From positions 1,033,603-1,065,602 of the forward strand of contig NZ_JACOQK010000001.1 in the NCBI RefSeq assembly GCF_014297275.1: 32,000 nucleotides of DNA, written 5' to 3'. Positions 18,139 to 26,319 of the stretch are shown here, one piece after another; the stretch's first letter is position 1; the number at the start of each line of letters is the position of its first letter. The translations under genes and the position numbers were made by a program. The notes beneath the pieces were generated by a model that worked only from the letters and a program-made list of their open reading frames with translations, was not told where the DNA came from and did no database searches. The stretch comes from Clostridium facile. GTDB lineage: Bacteria > Bacillota > Clostridia > Oscillospirales > Ruminococcaceae.

Positions 18139-19170
18139 CTACTTCCACAAAAATACTGGGTATTCATCCAGCTCACCTCGGATATATCTGGCAAGCAGCA
18201 GGCTTTGGGCATAAGGGATTAGCCCCCATTCTATCTTTTCCTCCAAAAATGGATGCTTGATCACCTCTTTTTTCTTTTGCTGCCATGCCTTTATGATAGT
18301 ATTCCGACCAGAATCCGTCATCAACACAGCCCCATTTTCCTTTTGGATAAAATCAGTGGGCTTTACCATGTTCCGGTTCACCAATCCAATGACAAAACGG
18401 TCAACAAACGGGGCTCGCAGTTCTTCCATGAAATCCATTGCCAAGGAAGCCCGACCTGGCCGTTCGCAGTGGAGGAAACCTACGTAAGGGTCCAATCCGA
18501 CTGAGGATAGAGCGGAGGTACAATCATTGGCAAGAAGGGTATACAAAAAGGAAAGCATGGCATTCATATTGTCCAAGGGGGGACGGCGGTTCCGTTCACG
18601 AAAGAAAAAATCCTGCTTGTTCCGCAAAATCAACTGGTCGATCATCGAAAAGTACTGACTGGCAGCATTTCCCTCAATTCCCCTGATTTCGTCCAACGAG
18701 CTACTTTCCATTAACTGATTGATAGAACCCGCAAGGTTGGAACTGACCTTTTTCAATTCTTCTACATCTACCTGTAAGGGATGATCCCTGGTGGCACGCT
18801 CTAAAATCCATCTGCTGTTATGGAGTTTTCCCACAATCATATTCCTAGCGATCCTTACTGACTGGGTTTCGTCATCCGAAATCCGGTACTGCTGTTTGCG
18901 CAGCACCACATTGCCTTTCATTTCCCCGGCAACACTAGCTAAGAACCTGCCATGCTGGCTCATAAAACAGAGGGAAATATTGTGTTTGACACATGCTCCC
19001 ATCAAGGCGGGACTGGCACCGGTGTACCCAAATGTAACTATCCCCTCCAAGTTGTGCAGAGGAACTCTGGCAACCGTTTTCCCCTGTTCCAGTACCAGTA
19101 CGGTTTCCCCTTCCAACGCCAGATATCGCTCGGGGGAAACTACGTAAAGGGTGTTTAATAATTTTCTCAT
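18139..19170 (-). CDS. cas1: CRISPR-associated integrase Cas1 (I-C type)
   Basis: 343 aa. Motifs: LNTLYV..., GNAASQYF, RRPPLDNMNAMLSFLYTLL, DPYVGFLH. It overlaps cas4 by 4 nt. Confidence 0.95.
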   Translation of the reverse strand: MRKLLNTLYVVSPERYLALEGETVLVLEQGKTVARVPLHNLEGIVTFGYTGASPALMGACVKHNISLCFMSQHGRFLASVAGEMKGNVVLRKQQYRISDDETQSVRIARNMIVGKLHNSRWILERATRDHPLQVDVEELKKVSSNLAGSINQLMESSSLDEIRGIEGNAASQYFSMIDQLILRNKQDFFFRERNRRPPLDNMNAMLSFLYTLLANDCTSALSSVGLDPYVGFLHCERPGRASLAMDFMEELRAPFVDRFVIGLVNRNMVKPTDFIQKENGAVLMTDSGRNTIIKAWQQKKKEVIKHPFLEEKIEWGLIPYAQSLLLARYIRGELDEYPVFLWK

Positions 19171-19841
19171 GGCTCCTCCTCCCCGGTTTGCCTCCTGATA
19201 TAATCATGGACAGAAGGGCGTTTTAACAATTTTGGCAGGCAAATTTCCTTTAAGGAACAGGCGTTGCAGGCTTTTGTTCGTTTGACCATTGGCGTATGTC
19301 GCCGTTGAAACAAATCGTGCATCTGGGCGCATACATTCTCCAGTTTTTGACGAAACTCCTGGGTAATCTCCACCTTTTCCCGGTGCCGTGTGGCACCATA
19401 ATACAGATATCCATATGGGATATCGGTACACAGCATCTCTTCCAGGCAAACTGCTTGCGCCACAAGCTGGAGCCTGTCCGCATCGCTGATTTTGGGTTCC
19501 CCTTTTTTGTACTCCACCGGAACAACCCGGTAAAATCCTTCTTTTTGGAACAGGGAGATCCCTTCCTGCTGGGTGCAGCGGTGGAACTCCACTACATCGC
19601 AAATCCCGCTGATTCCTAATTTTGCGGAAAACACCCGCATCTCCCGGGAAATGAGCAGTTGTCCCCTGCTCTCCAAAGTTGGTCCCTCATGGGCTCTCTG
19701 GTGCAGAATGTTCCCCTCTATGGTTCGCAGGTTATCCGCCCACTGCTCTTCGATTTCAATCAACGCCCACTGCCGCTTGCAAAACACAAAGTGCTGTATC
19801 CCAGAGAGCATCAAGAAATCTTCCTCTTTATATTCCGTCAT
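19167..19841 (-). CDS. cas4: CRISPR-associated exonuclease Cas4 (RecB-like, Fe-S cluster)
   Basis: 224 aa. It has an N-terminal Cys (FVFCKRQW), the nuclease core DVVE...EYKKG, and the C-terminal cluster CNACSLKEIC. Confidence 0.9.
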   Translation of the reverse strand: MTEYKEEDFLMLSGIQHFVFCKRQWALIEIEEQWADNLRTIEGNILHQRAHEGPTLESRGQLLISREMRVFSAKLGISGICDVVEFHRCTQQEGISLFQKEGFYRVVPVEYKKGEPKISDADRLQLVAQAVCLEEMLCTDIPYGYLYYGATRHREKVEITQEFRQKLENVCAQMHDLFQRRHTPMVKRTKACNACSLKEICLPKLLKRPSVHDYIRRQTGEEEP

Positions 19842-20691
19842 ATTCTTCTACTGTTAACCCTTCCAGCGGGGTGAGGGTAATCTGGTAGTCCTCTATGCTT
19901 TTTGGGGTAAGAACCCCTTCTTTTTTGGCAACGCAAAGGCTATCGTGAACCTTTTTGGTGGAATACTGGCCAATTTTGCAGTTGTGTTCCCACCAGTAGA
20001 GCTTATGAATCTCCATACTGCCTTCCGGACGTGCGGAGGAACTATCGTTGACAAAAAGGGTGCGGATAGCTTCTTTGATTTTTTCCGCGTCCTCCTGGGT
20101 AAATCCGGTTTTTTCTGCAAGCTGGACGTTGATGCTCCCTTTTAAGAGGTATACACCAAAATCAACCCGGTGCTTATCCCCCATGGTGTCTGATGCTTTC
20201 CCTCCTTTGGTATCCTCACTGTTGACGCTTTTGGTGATTTTGATAGTGGTGATATTGATTGGATCCACGCTAAATGCTGGATGGAGGGAAACCGGCCCCC
20301 TTATTCCGAGGGAAAGTTCTTCCCCCTTAAAAGCGAATACTTGTCCAAAGCTGCGTACATCCATCCACTCTTGGCAAGCGGCTTGATAGGCTACTTGCGC
20401 ATTGGCTTTTTTCCCTTTTTTCAGTTCTGTGCCAAAGGCGGGGTTTTTATCCGCCCGCTCTTTCAGGCTGTCATAACCATCCACATTTTTGTCATCGGAC
20501 TGGACAAAGATGGATTCCCCCATATCCATCAGGCGGTTTCTGATTTTCCGTTTGATGCAGACATCCGAAATCTCCCCAAACCCTTCATCAGTGATTCTTG
20601 GCATATTTCCGTTGAGGGGATCGCCGTTGCAGTTTGCGTTATTTACTGTAATAATTGCCTCAAAATCAATTTTATTTTGTAATACACCCAT
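19828..20691 (-). CDS. cas7: Cascade backbone subunit Cas7 (Csd2, type I-C)
   Basis: 287 aa. NANCNGDPLNGNMPR is the Csd2/Cas7 N-terminal signature. The position after cas8c fits. Confidence 0.92.
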   Translation of the reverse strand: MGVLQNKIDFEAIITVNNANCNGDPLNGNMPRITDEGFGEISDVCIKRKIRNRLMDMGESIFVQSDDKNVDGYDSLKERADKNPAFGTELKKGKKANAQVAYQAACQEWMDVRSFGQVFAFKGEELSLGIRGPVSLHPAFSVDPINITTIKITKSVNSEDTKGGKASDTMGDKHRVDFGVYLLKGSINVQLAEKTGFTQEDAEKIKEAIRTLFVNDSSSARPEGSMEIHKLYWWEHNCKIGQYSTKKVHDSLCVAKKEGVLTPKSIEDYQITLTPLEGLTVEEYDGI

Positions 20692-20692
20692 T

Positions 20693-21127
20693 TTATTCTT
20701 CCTCCATCTTCTGTGATTTTTTTATTTGCCGTTCTTTGATAATTTGTATCCTTTGGCTGCAAAAACCAGATAAAAATGCCGCCCCCAAATTTCGTTTCTT
20801 TTTCAGTTCTTTCGTATCAATTCTACTGACCATTTCGTCTAATAAATCGCATAAATCGCAGAGTTTTATCCCCTTGGATTGCATAATGTAAACATTCACC
20901 TTATTGTAAAGTACTGTTAACGTGTCGTAAGGGCTCTGGCAAAACCGCGTAAGAAGCCTTCTCGCATTGGTAGGGCGAACTTCTTTATAAGATTCGTTGT
21001 CATCCGGCTTATTTTTTCCCCACAGCACCTGATTTTCAATAGCATCAGCAAGTGCCACAAATCTTCCGCAATTGTATTCAATATCATCAGTTTCTTTTAC
21101 ACAATTAAAAACACCATTTTCTCCCAT
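20693..21127 (-). CDS. cas11: Predicted internally translated small subunit Cas11c (144 aa, in frame within the cas8c 3' end)
   Basis: In-frame ATG at 21127 (MGENGVFNC...) is preceded by GGAGGA (21135-21140) with a 7-nt spacer. Type I-C systems are known to make Cas11 from an internal start in cas8c. The size and helical, basic C-terminus are consistent. Confidence 0.5.
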   Translation of the reverse strand: MGENGVFNCVKETDDIEYNCGRFVALADAIENQVLWGKNKPDDNESYKEVRPTNARRLLTRFCQSPYDTLTVLYNKVNVYIMQSKGIKLCDLCDLLDEMVSRIDTKELKKKRNLGAAFLSGFCSQRIQIIKERQIKKSQKMEEE

Positions 21128-22651
21128 AACAAATTCCTCCATTCTATAAATCAACGGATTGTCCTTATCGTAATCATATAAATAACGGTTATATAAGGCG
21201 CATGCCGCAAAAGCAACTTGTTCCCATAAGGACCCATAGCCATAGTTTTGTGGGAATTTCGCCTTGTTGACAGCAGCTTTTACAATATCCCGTGGAATTT
21301 TCGCCCCATCACAGATACAGGGCAGAATCCGCTGCACAGTATCTGCTAACAGCTTATTACTTCCCACTTCCAGATAGTTGCCCCTGCTCACCCCAAACGC
21401 CGCTTTTGCCAGATTCACTGGGGACGGCGCACCAAAATGGTATTCTTGTTTTTTTATCTCGTTGTAATAACGGATATTCCAGGCGCAGGTTTTGTGCCAT
21501 CGCTCTATGTTGTCAATCAGTTCGTTTCCTTGCAGTCCATTGTACTCTCGGTTGAAAACCACCGCCATCCTTCCGGTAGTAGCAGCATCCAACCCCAACA
21601 GCACCAGCTGGCTGTCCTTCCTGATTTCAGCGTGATAACCTGTAATCGCCATTTTAAACTGTTGGGCAAACTCCTGTTCAGTATTAATTTCCACACTCTG
21701 CTCCTCAAAGCAGAACTGGAATGTATCCGCCATGGGGTCGGGGAGTTCTTCCCCATCCACTCCCCACAGAACGAATACACGGTCACCAATTCTGGCAACT
21801 TGCTTCTGGTTCTGAATCAGCCATTTTAAGGCGTTATGGGCTTTTTGGGACGCCTCATAGGATATGGTATACGCTTGTTCCGCTGTTTCAAACCGTCCAC
21901 GGAAAGTAAAATTGGTGGTATCATTGGCAGAAATCAATTTTGCCTTATCACCGGAATTTCTGATTTTAGACGGATGGATGGTGCAGGCCCTTACATGATT
22001 TCCTGTGACATAACAGAGTTTTTTGCTGCCCTCCTGGCTCAAGTAGTAGTTTGTATATTGGTCTTGCAGTTTTCCATCCTGCCACAACGCGGGGACAGAA
22101 TCAATCCCAATCACCGAAAACCGTACAAAGGCATCGGATTGGTTGCCCACCGGCAGTTTTAAATTAGGCTGGTTTTCCCATTTCTTTGTCAACCTTCCGT
22201 TTTCATCCACCGAAAAAATACCCTGTTCCACCAAATCGTGAATCAATGTTTTCTGGTTCAGATACTGGTAAACCGCTTTGACCTTTGGGTTGCTGTACGA
22301 AGATTCACACCATGCTTGTAATTGTTCCATATACGCCTGATAGGCTTCGGCGTTATCCTCTTTGCAGAACCGGGGATAATCCCCCGCTATGTACTTTAGT
22401 TTATCGAATAAAGGATGGGGGCATGGTTTGGATGTCCGGTTGGCGGAATATTCAGTTACCGGTATCACCGTATCCGCTTGATCTTTTTCCACAGGGGTTG
22501 CAGAGATAAACTGCCCCTCCTTGCCCAGCTTGACATCCACATGCGCCTGTTGGGTGGAGAATCCCACCTTAAGCAGCCCTCTTTGGGTGAAATTAGCGGG
22601 GTCTTTTTCCAGCCTTTCATAGGTACGGTACAACGTCATCATGTAACTCAT
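20693..22651 (-). CDS. cas8c: Cascade large subunit Cas8c (Csd1, type I-C)
   Basis: 652 aa. Csd1-like N-terminus (VIPVTEYSANRTSKPCPHPLFDKLKYIAGDY). It sits between cas5 and cas7, with a 4-nt overlap with cas5. Confidence 0.92.
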   Translation of the reverse strand: MSYMMTLYRTYERLEKDPANFTQRGLLKVGFSTQQAHVDVKLGKEGQFISATPVEKDQADTVIPVTEYSANRTSKPCPHPLFDKLKYIAGDYPRFCKEDNAEAYQAYMEQLQAWCESSYSNPKVKAVYQYLNQKTLIHDLVEQGIFSVDENGRLTKKWENQPNLKLPVGNQSDAFVRFSVIGIDSVPALWQDGKLQDQYTNYYLSQEGSKKLCYVTGNHVRACTIHPSKIRNSGDKAKLISANDTTNFTFRGRFETAEQAYTISYEASQKAHNALKWLIQNQKQVARIGDRVFVLWGVDGEELPDPMADTFQFCFEEQSVEINTEQEFAQQFKMAITGYHAEIRKDSQLVLLGLDAATTGRMAVVFNREYNGLQGNELIDNIERWHKTCAWNIRYYNEIKKQEYHFGAPSPVNLAKAAFGVSRGNYLEVGSNKLLADTVQRILPCICDGAKIPRDIVKAAVNKAKFPQNYGYGSLWEQVAFAACALYNRYLYDYDKDNPLIYRMEEFVMGENGVFNCVKETDDIEYNCGRFVALADAIENQVLWGKNKPDDNESYKEVRPTNARRLLTRFCQSPYDTLTVLYNKVNVYIMQSKGIKLCDLCDLLDEMVSRIDTKELKKKRNLGAAFLSGFCSQRIQIIKERQIKKSQKMEEE

Positions 22652-23376
22652 TGGGCGCCACCCCCTTCCTGGTAACCCTCCAGAAGCCCAGGCTCCTGCA
22701 AACCGGAAAAGTTGGAAGAATCAAACCGTTTCGGTTTCATCTCCCTCACTGGAATCCGTTGGACACAATCCTCCTGTTTACAGTAGCGAATCACGCCCCG
22801 CTCCATTTTAGGATACCAGAACAACGCCTCCAATTGGTTGGTACCGTTCTGGTCAGGGTAAACAAACGAGTGGAACATCAGCCCAAAGTCCATCTGCTCC
22901 AAATCGCTGTAACAGCTCTGTTCCTCCCCTGTAACTGGTTCCACGTATGCCTGGCATTCCCGCGCCCCTAAAAAGACATCCCGCCTGCCTCCTTTTTCGA
23001 TGCAGCGTTTCGCAACCCAGTAGTGTTTATGCTCGTTCCAGTCCTGTTTTAAATCGGGACGATATAGGTTGAACTCAAAATGCGCCTTGACAATGTAGGA
23101 CACATTTGATAAGTACGTGTAATACGCCAAATCGTTGCCGCCGTAGTATTTGATGGGGCGAATGCCCTTCCGCTCGGTACGGATGGGGTTTAAAACCGTT
23201 GCTTCATCGATTATCCATAAAATAGACGGCTTCCAGTACACCGATGACACAATCCCTTTTAACGCCTCAGCAGTGGGAATCATCAAGGTGGATTTTTCCC
23301 CACCAATTTTGGTCATGGGGTCGGTGAATAAGGCGAATCTACCAGAAACCTTAAAAGTGACCTGATTTGGTTTCAT
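22648..23376 (-). CDS. cas5: Cas5c (Cas5d), Cascade subunit and pre-crRNA endoribonuclease of type I-C
   Basis: 242 aa. MKPNQVTFKVSGRFALFTDPMTK... is the Cas5d N-terminal signature. An AGGAGG RBS lies 8 nt upstream. It is the first gene of the tightly packed cas5-to-cas2 operon. Confidence 0.93.
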   Translation of the reverse strand: MKPNQVTFKVSGRFALFTDPMTKIGGEKSTLMIPTAEALKGIVSSVYWKPSILWIIDEATVLNPIRTERKGIRPIKYYGGNDLAYYTYLSNVSYIVKAHFEFNLYRPDLKQDWNEHKHYWVAKRCIEKGGRRDVFLGARECQAYVEPVTGEEQSCYSDLEQMDFGLMFHSFVYPDQNGTNQLEALFWYPKMERGVIRYCKQEDCVQRIPVREMKPKRFDSSNFSGLQEPGLLEGYQEGGGAQ

Positions 23377-23400
23377 TGCTGTTCCTCCTTTCTAACTTTT

Positions 23401-23429
23401 CTTATACTATTTTTCACTTATTTTGTAAA
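23401..23429 (-). promoter_or_regulatory. Sigma-A-type promoter of the cas5-cas8c-cas7-cas4-cas1-cas2 operon
   Basis: On the minus strand: TTTACA (23429-23424), 17 nt, TATAAG (23406-23401). This puts a start site about 20-25 nt upstream of the cas5 RBS. It is the only reasonable -35/-10 pair in the gap in this orientation. Confidence 0.6.
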
Positions 23430-23472
23430 GGGAAATTTTTCATAAAAAAACAGCTTTCTTCTTGTACATTTT

Positions 23473-23483
23473 TATGGTATACT
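23473..23483 (+). promoter_or_regulatory. Extended -10 promoter (TATGgTATACT) driving the repeat-like small RNA
   Basis: A TRTGn-TATACT motif on the plus strand ends 6 nt before the G of the GTCGC repeat-like element. There is no good -35, which is typical for extended -10 promoters. Confidence 0.55.
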
Positions 23484-23489
23484 AAAAGC

Positions 23490-23596
23490 GTCGCAATTTG
23501 CGTGGATTGAAAATCTTATACTATCTTTAACGAAAGAACTGCTTTGTAACAGGTGAGGACGCTATCCTTGTCTGTTGCAAAGCTTTTCTTTTTTCT
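23490..23596 (+). ncRNA. Solitary degenerate CRISPR repeat plus pseudo-spacer plus terminator: candidate crRNA-mimic regulatory RNA (CreR/CreA-like)
   Basis: 23490-23514 reads GTCGCAATTTGCGTGGATTGAAAAT. This is the array repeat with its upper stem replaced by AATTT and one extra A in the handle. The pseudo-spacer starts at 23515 (CTTATACTATCTTTAAC...). A hairpin at 23541-23583 and a T-run at 23584-23596 follow. Orientation is opposite to the cas genes and the array. Confidence 0.65.
23541..23596 (+). terminator. Intrinsic terminator (plus orientation) abutting the cas3 stop codon
   Basis: A 12-bp stem GCTTTGTAACAG / CTGTTGCAAAGC (one G-U pair) with inner AGGA/TCCT pairing, then TTTTCTTTTTTCT. 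In the minus orientation the hairpin is followed only by AGTTCTTTCGTT, a weak U-tract. Confidence 0.7.
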
Positions 23597-23597
23597 C

Positions 23598-25946
23598 TTA
23601 AAACAGCGCCAGATCATCTTTCAGGGTTACCCCCAGGCAAGCGTCATAATGGAGGGACCCCATCAGGTATGCCCCTGTCACCTGATTTTGGGTGATATCA
23701 TTCTGTAACGTCTGGAACTGGTATCGGTACAGATTGACCGAATATTTCCGCAATTGGGAAAGTAATCTTTTCTTTTCCTCCATAGGTGAAAACTCGTTAA
23801 GCTGCTCCAGTTTTTCTATGAGTTGTAACCCCTCCCCATAAGGGACAATCACTGGGATGGTATCGTTTCCAATCACCTCAAAGGGTTGCGCTGCCGATTG
23901 GAATTTTACTGTAGTAAATAATGGGCTTTTTCTGATTTTATTTTGTAGTAATTCATAAATGGATACAGATCCATTCAAAGGGTAGGAAAACTGTTTGGAA
24001 ATCCGCTCATCCTGATAATAAAGCTGAAAAAACTCCTTAATAGAGGATGGAGATAAACCGTCTGAGGTCATCCGCAGCACGCTATCCGCATGGTCGATTC
24101 CAATTGGATATTCCGGCATGTTATTGTAAGAGCCTTCCTGCAATTTTACCGCATAGCAATAACCCAGTTCCTGTTCCCCATTACGGTTGACCCTACCCGC
24201 TGTCTGGGCAACCGAATCCAGACGGGTTAAGCTGCGGACCGCTGCTTCAAAGCTGATATCCACCCCAGCTTCAATGAGCGAAGTGCTGACGCAGATTAAG
24301 TCCTCCCCATCTTTTAGCGCCTGCTTTAGTTCCTTCAACACCTTGCCTCTATGTGCCTGACACAAGCGGGTACTCAAATAAAACAGATTTATCCCTTCCA
24401 GTTCGGGAGATTGGCACAGCATTTCCCAAACAGCAGCTGCGGTATCCACCTTATTCACCACTGCCAATAGGCTTTTTACCTCGCGTTTTCTCTCCAAGAG
24501 GAACTGCTGAAATTGTTCCAAGTCATATTTCTTTGGCTTATAGACCACCTGTACTCGCTTGAGCTGCTCAAAATTGCGGCTGACATTCTTCACAATTTCA
24601 GCATCTTCCGATTCTTTTATCATGGGATGCCCCAGAAGATTCGTATAAGGCTGGGTAGCAGTACAAAGTACTAGGGTAGAATTCCCTACCTGGCGCAGAA
24701 AATTGGCTGCGCTTGTGAACAAATCCATACATTTGGCAGGAAGGGTTTGGATTTCATCAAAAATAATGGTGGCATTCATCAGATGGTGGAGACGGCGCAT
24801 GTCCTGAGTACCTCGATGGTAGAAGGTGTTTAAAAACTGCACCATAGTCGTAAAAATGATATCGCTCTCCCAACGTTCGGTAAGCAGTTTATAATCCTCC
24901 TGCTGGTTATCCTCCAACAGGTTGGAATGGTGCTCCAGCAAATCGCACTGGTAGCCCAGAGCTTTCCGAATTTGTTCAGCGTTTTGCTCGATGATTGAAG
25001 TATATGGAATGACATAGACAATCCGCTGTTTTTGATTTAGCCGGTTATGGTTCAGGGCAAACCGCATACTGGAAAGGGTTTTCCCTCCCCCTGTTGGAAC
25101 AGTAAGACGGTAGATACCCGTCCCTCTATTGGACGCAAGAAAACATTCATCCGAGATTGCTTGCCGAATCCGGTTTACCTGCTCTGTTTTGGGTTCCGCA
25201 GATGATTTCTGGCTGAGTTGGGACAGATAAACCTCAAACCTACCTTGGTATTCCTCCCATGCTGGGAATTGCTGTTCCCGTTCTATTACAGGGGAGATCC
25301 CCCTGTTTTCCTCAAAGCACATGCTGTCCATCCGGTCGGCGTCAATCAGTATGCTGTAGATGGTTTTGATCAGCAGGTGGTAACAGAACACCCCATCTTT
25401 CATTTTTGTAACCCCTTCGATAATAGGAACCAGTTCTTCTAACGCTTGGTGGAACAGTTTGGTAAGATCTTCTTGGATTTCCTGGGAAAACCGTTGGTAT
25501 GCCTGTTCTATCCTGTGTTGGTCTAGTTTTTCGAACCGCTCCAAAAGAGGGGATTGATTACAGACATCCACACAATCTTTTAATCCGCCATGGTGGTAGC
25601 AGCACGCCATGGCGATGATTTCCACGATGGCGCCACGCCGGCTTTTTCCCGGATAAAAGGTTTGGAAAAAATATTTTGCCCCATATACCCCATGGTCAAA
25701 ATCGGATTTCCGTTTCTGGGAAAGGTACTGCTTTGGGTTTTGCACTGCCCGCTGCCGTTCCCCTTCGATAAAATCCTGGAACTGCTGGTCGTATTTGCCC
25801 ATATCATGGAGCAAACCCGCCAGGCGCATGGTTTGAGAAAGGTTTAATTTTGCCCCGAATGATTCTGACAGACTGGCAACCCCTAAAATATGCTCCCGTA
25901 ACGGCTGCTGTTTTCCATCCTGTAGCCGGAACCTTGCCTGATACAT
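23598..25946 (-). CDS. cas3: Cas3 helicase-nuclease (N-terminal HD domain plus SF2 DEAH helicase)
   Basis: 782 aa. HD motifs (LAGLLHDMGKY, DHGVYGA), Walker A TVPTGGGKT, DEAH-box variant FDEIQ, and the helicase C-domain (TSLIEAGVDISF, AGRVNR). An AAGGAG RBS precedes the ATG. Confidence 0.95.
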   Translation of the reverse strand: MYQARFRLQDGKQQPLREHILGVASLSESFGAKLNLSQTMRLAGLLHDMGKYDQQFQDFIEGERQRAVQNPKQYLSQKRKSDFDHGVYGAKYFFQTFYPGKSRRGAIVEIIAMACCYHHGGLKDCVDVCNQSPLLERFEKLDQHRIEQAYQRFSQEIQEDLTKLFHQALEELVPIIEGVTKMKDGVFCYHLLIKTIYSILIDADRMDSMCFEENRGISPVIEREQQFPAWEEYQGRFEVYLSQLSQKSSAEPKTEQVNRIRQAISDECFLASNRGTGIYRLTVPTGGGKTLSSMRFALNHNRLNQKQRIVYVIPYTSIIEQNAEQIRKALGYQCDLLEHHSNLLEDNQQEDYKLLTERWESDIIFTTMVQFLNTFYHRGTQDMRRLHHLMNATIIFDEIQTLPAKCMDLFTSAANFLRQVGNSTLVLCTATQPYTNLLGHPMIKESEDAEIVKNVSRNFEQLKRVQVVYKPKKYDLEQFQQFLLERKREVKSLLAVVNKVDTAAAVWEMLCQSPELEGINLFYLSTRLCQAHRGKVLKELKQALKDGEDLICVSTSLIEAGVDISFEAAVRSLTRLDSVAQTAGRVNRNGEQELGYCYAVKLQEGSYNNMPEYPIGIDHADSVLRMTSDGLSPSSIKEFFQLYYQDERISKQFSYPLNGSVSIYELLQNKIRKSPLFTTVKFQSAAQPFEVIGNDTIPVIVPYGEGLQLIEKLEQLNEFSPMEEKKRLLSQLRKYSVNLYRYQFQTLQNDITQNQVTGAYLMGSLHYDACLGVTLKDDLALF

Positions 25947-26000
25947 CTTAAAATTCTCCTTTACCGAATTGACTTATTGTAAATGTTAGATATTGTTTCC

Positions 26001-26011
26001 ATTATAACACA
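26001..26011 (-). promoter_or_regulatory. Extended -10 promoter (TGTGtTATAAT) for cas3
   Basis: The minus strand reads AAATTGTGTTATAATGG about 55 nt upstream of the cas3 ATG. No clear -35. Confidence 0.5.
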
Positions 26012-26319
26012 ATTTTATGAATTTTTCTGTCTAAACAAGGGGATTATCGTCTATTTTTGGAATTTTTTATTTTATTCCCGATCATAAGGGAAATAGATCC
26101 AATGTCCCTACCAAAAAAGTAATCAAAATAAAAAATATGGACCAACCTATGAATTCAGTCTTTTTATGTTGACTGTTTGTATACAATCCTTTAGAAAATT
26201 CCATTTGACAAACTGTAAAATTGATATTTTGACCCGTTTTTAAATTATTTTTTAGTTTTTTAATCAATTTGTTATAATTATATCGTTTAATATTTTTTGT
26301 ATTTGGAGGGAAAATCGCT

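Noticed and set aside
23415-23443. Tiny minus-strand ORF ATGAAAAATTTCCCTTTACAAAATAAGTGA (9 codons) in the cas3-cas5 gap, considered as a possible CreT-like toxin
   Set aside because: There is no convincing SD. It lies upstream of and across the -35 of the cas5 promoter rather than downstream of the targeted promoter. Nothing suggests it is expressed.
23462-23467. TTGTAC as a -35 box for the small-RNA promoter
   Set aside because: It lies only 10 nt from the TATACT -10, so the spacing is incompatible with sigma-A. The promoter call rests on the TRTGn extended -10 instead.
26082-26267. 61-aa minus-strand ORF between cas3 and the membrane-protein gene
   Set aside because: It has a TTG start and no SD for either the TTG or the internal ATG. 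It overlaps the likely promoter region of the divergent 26320 gene. Coding status is unsupported.
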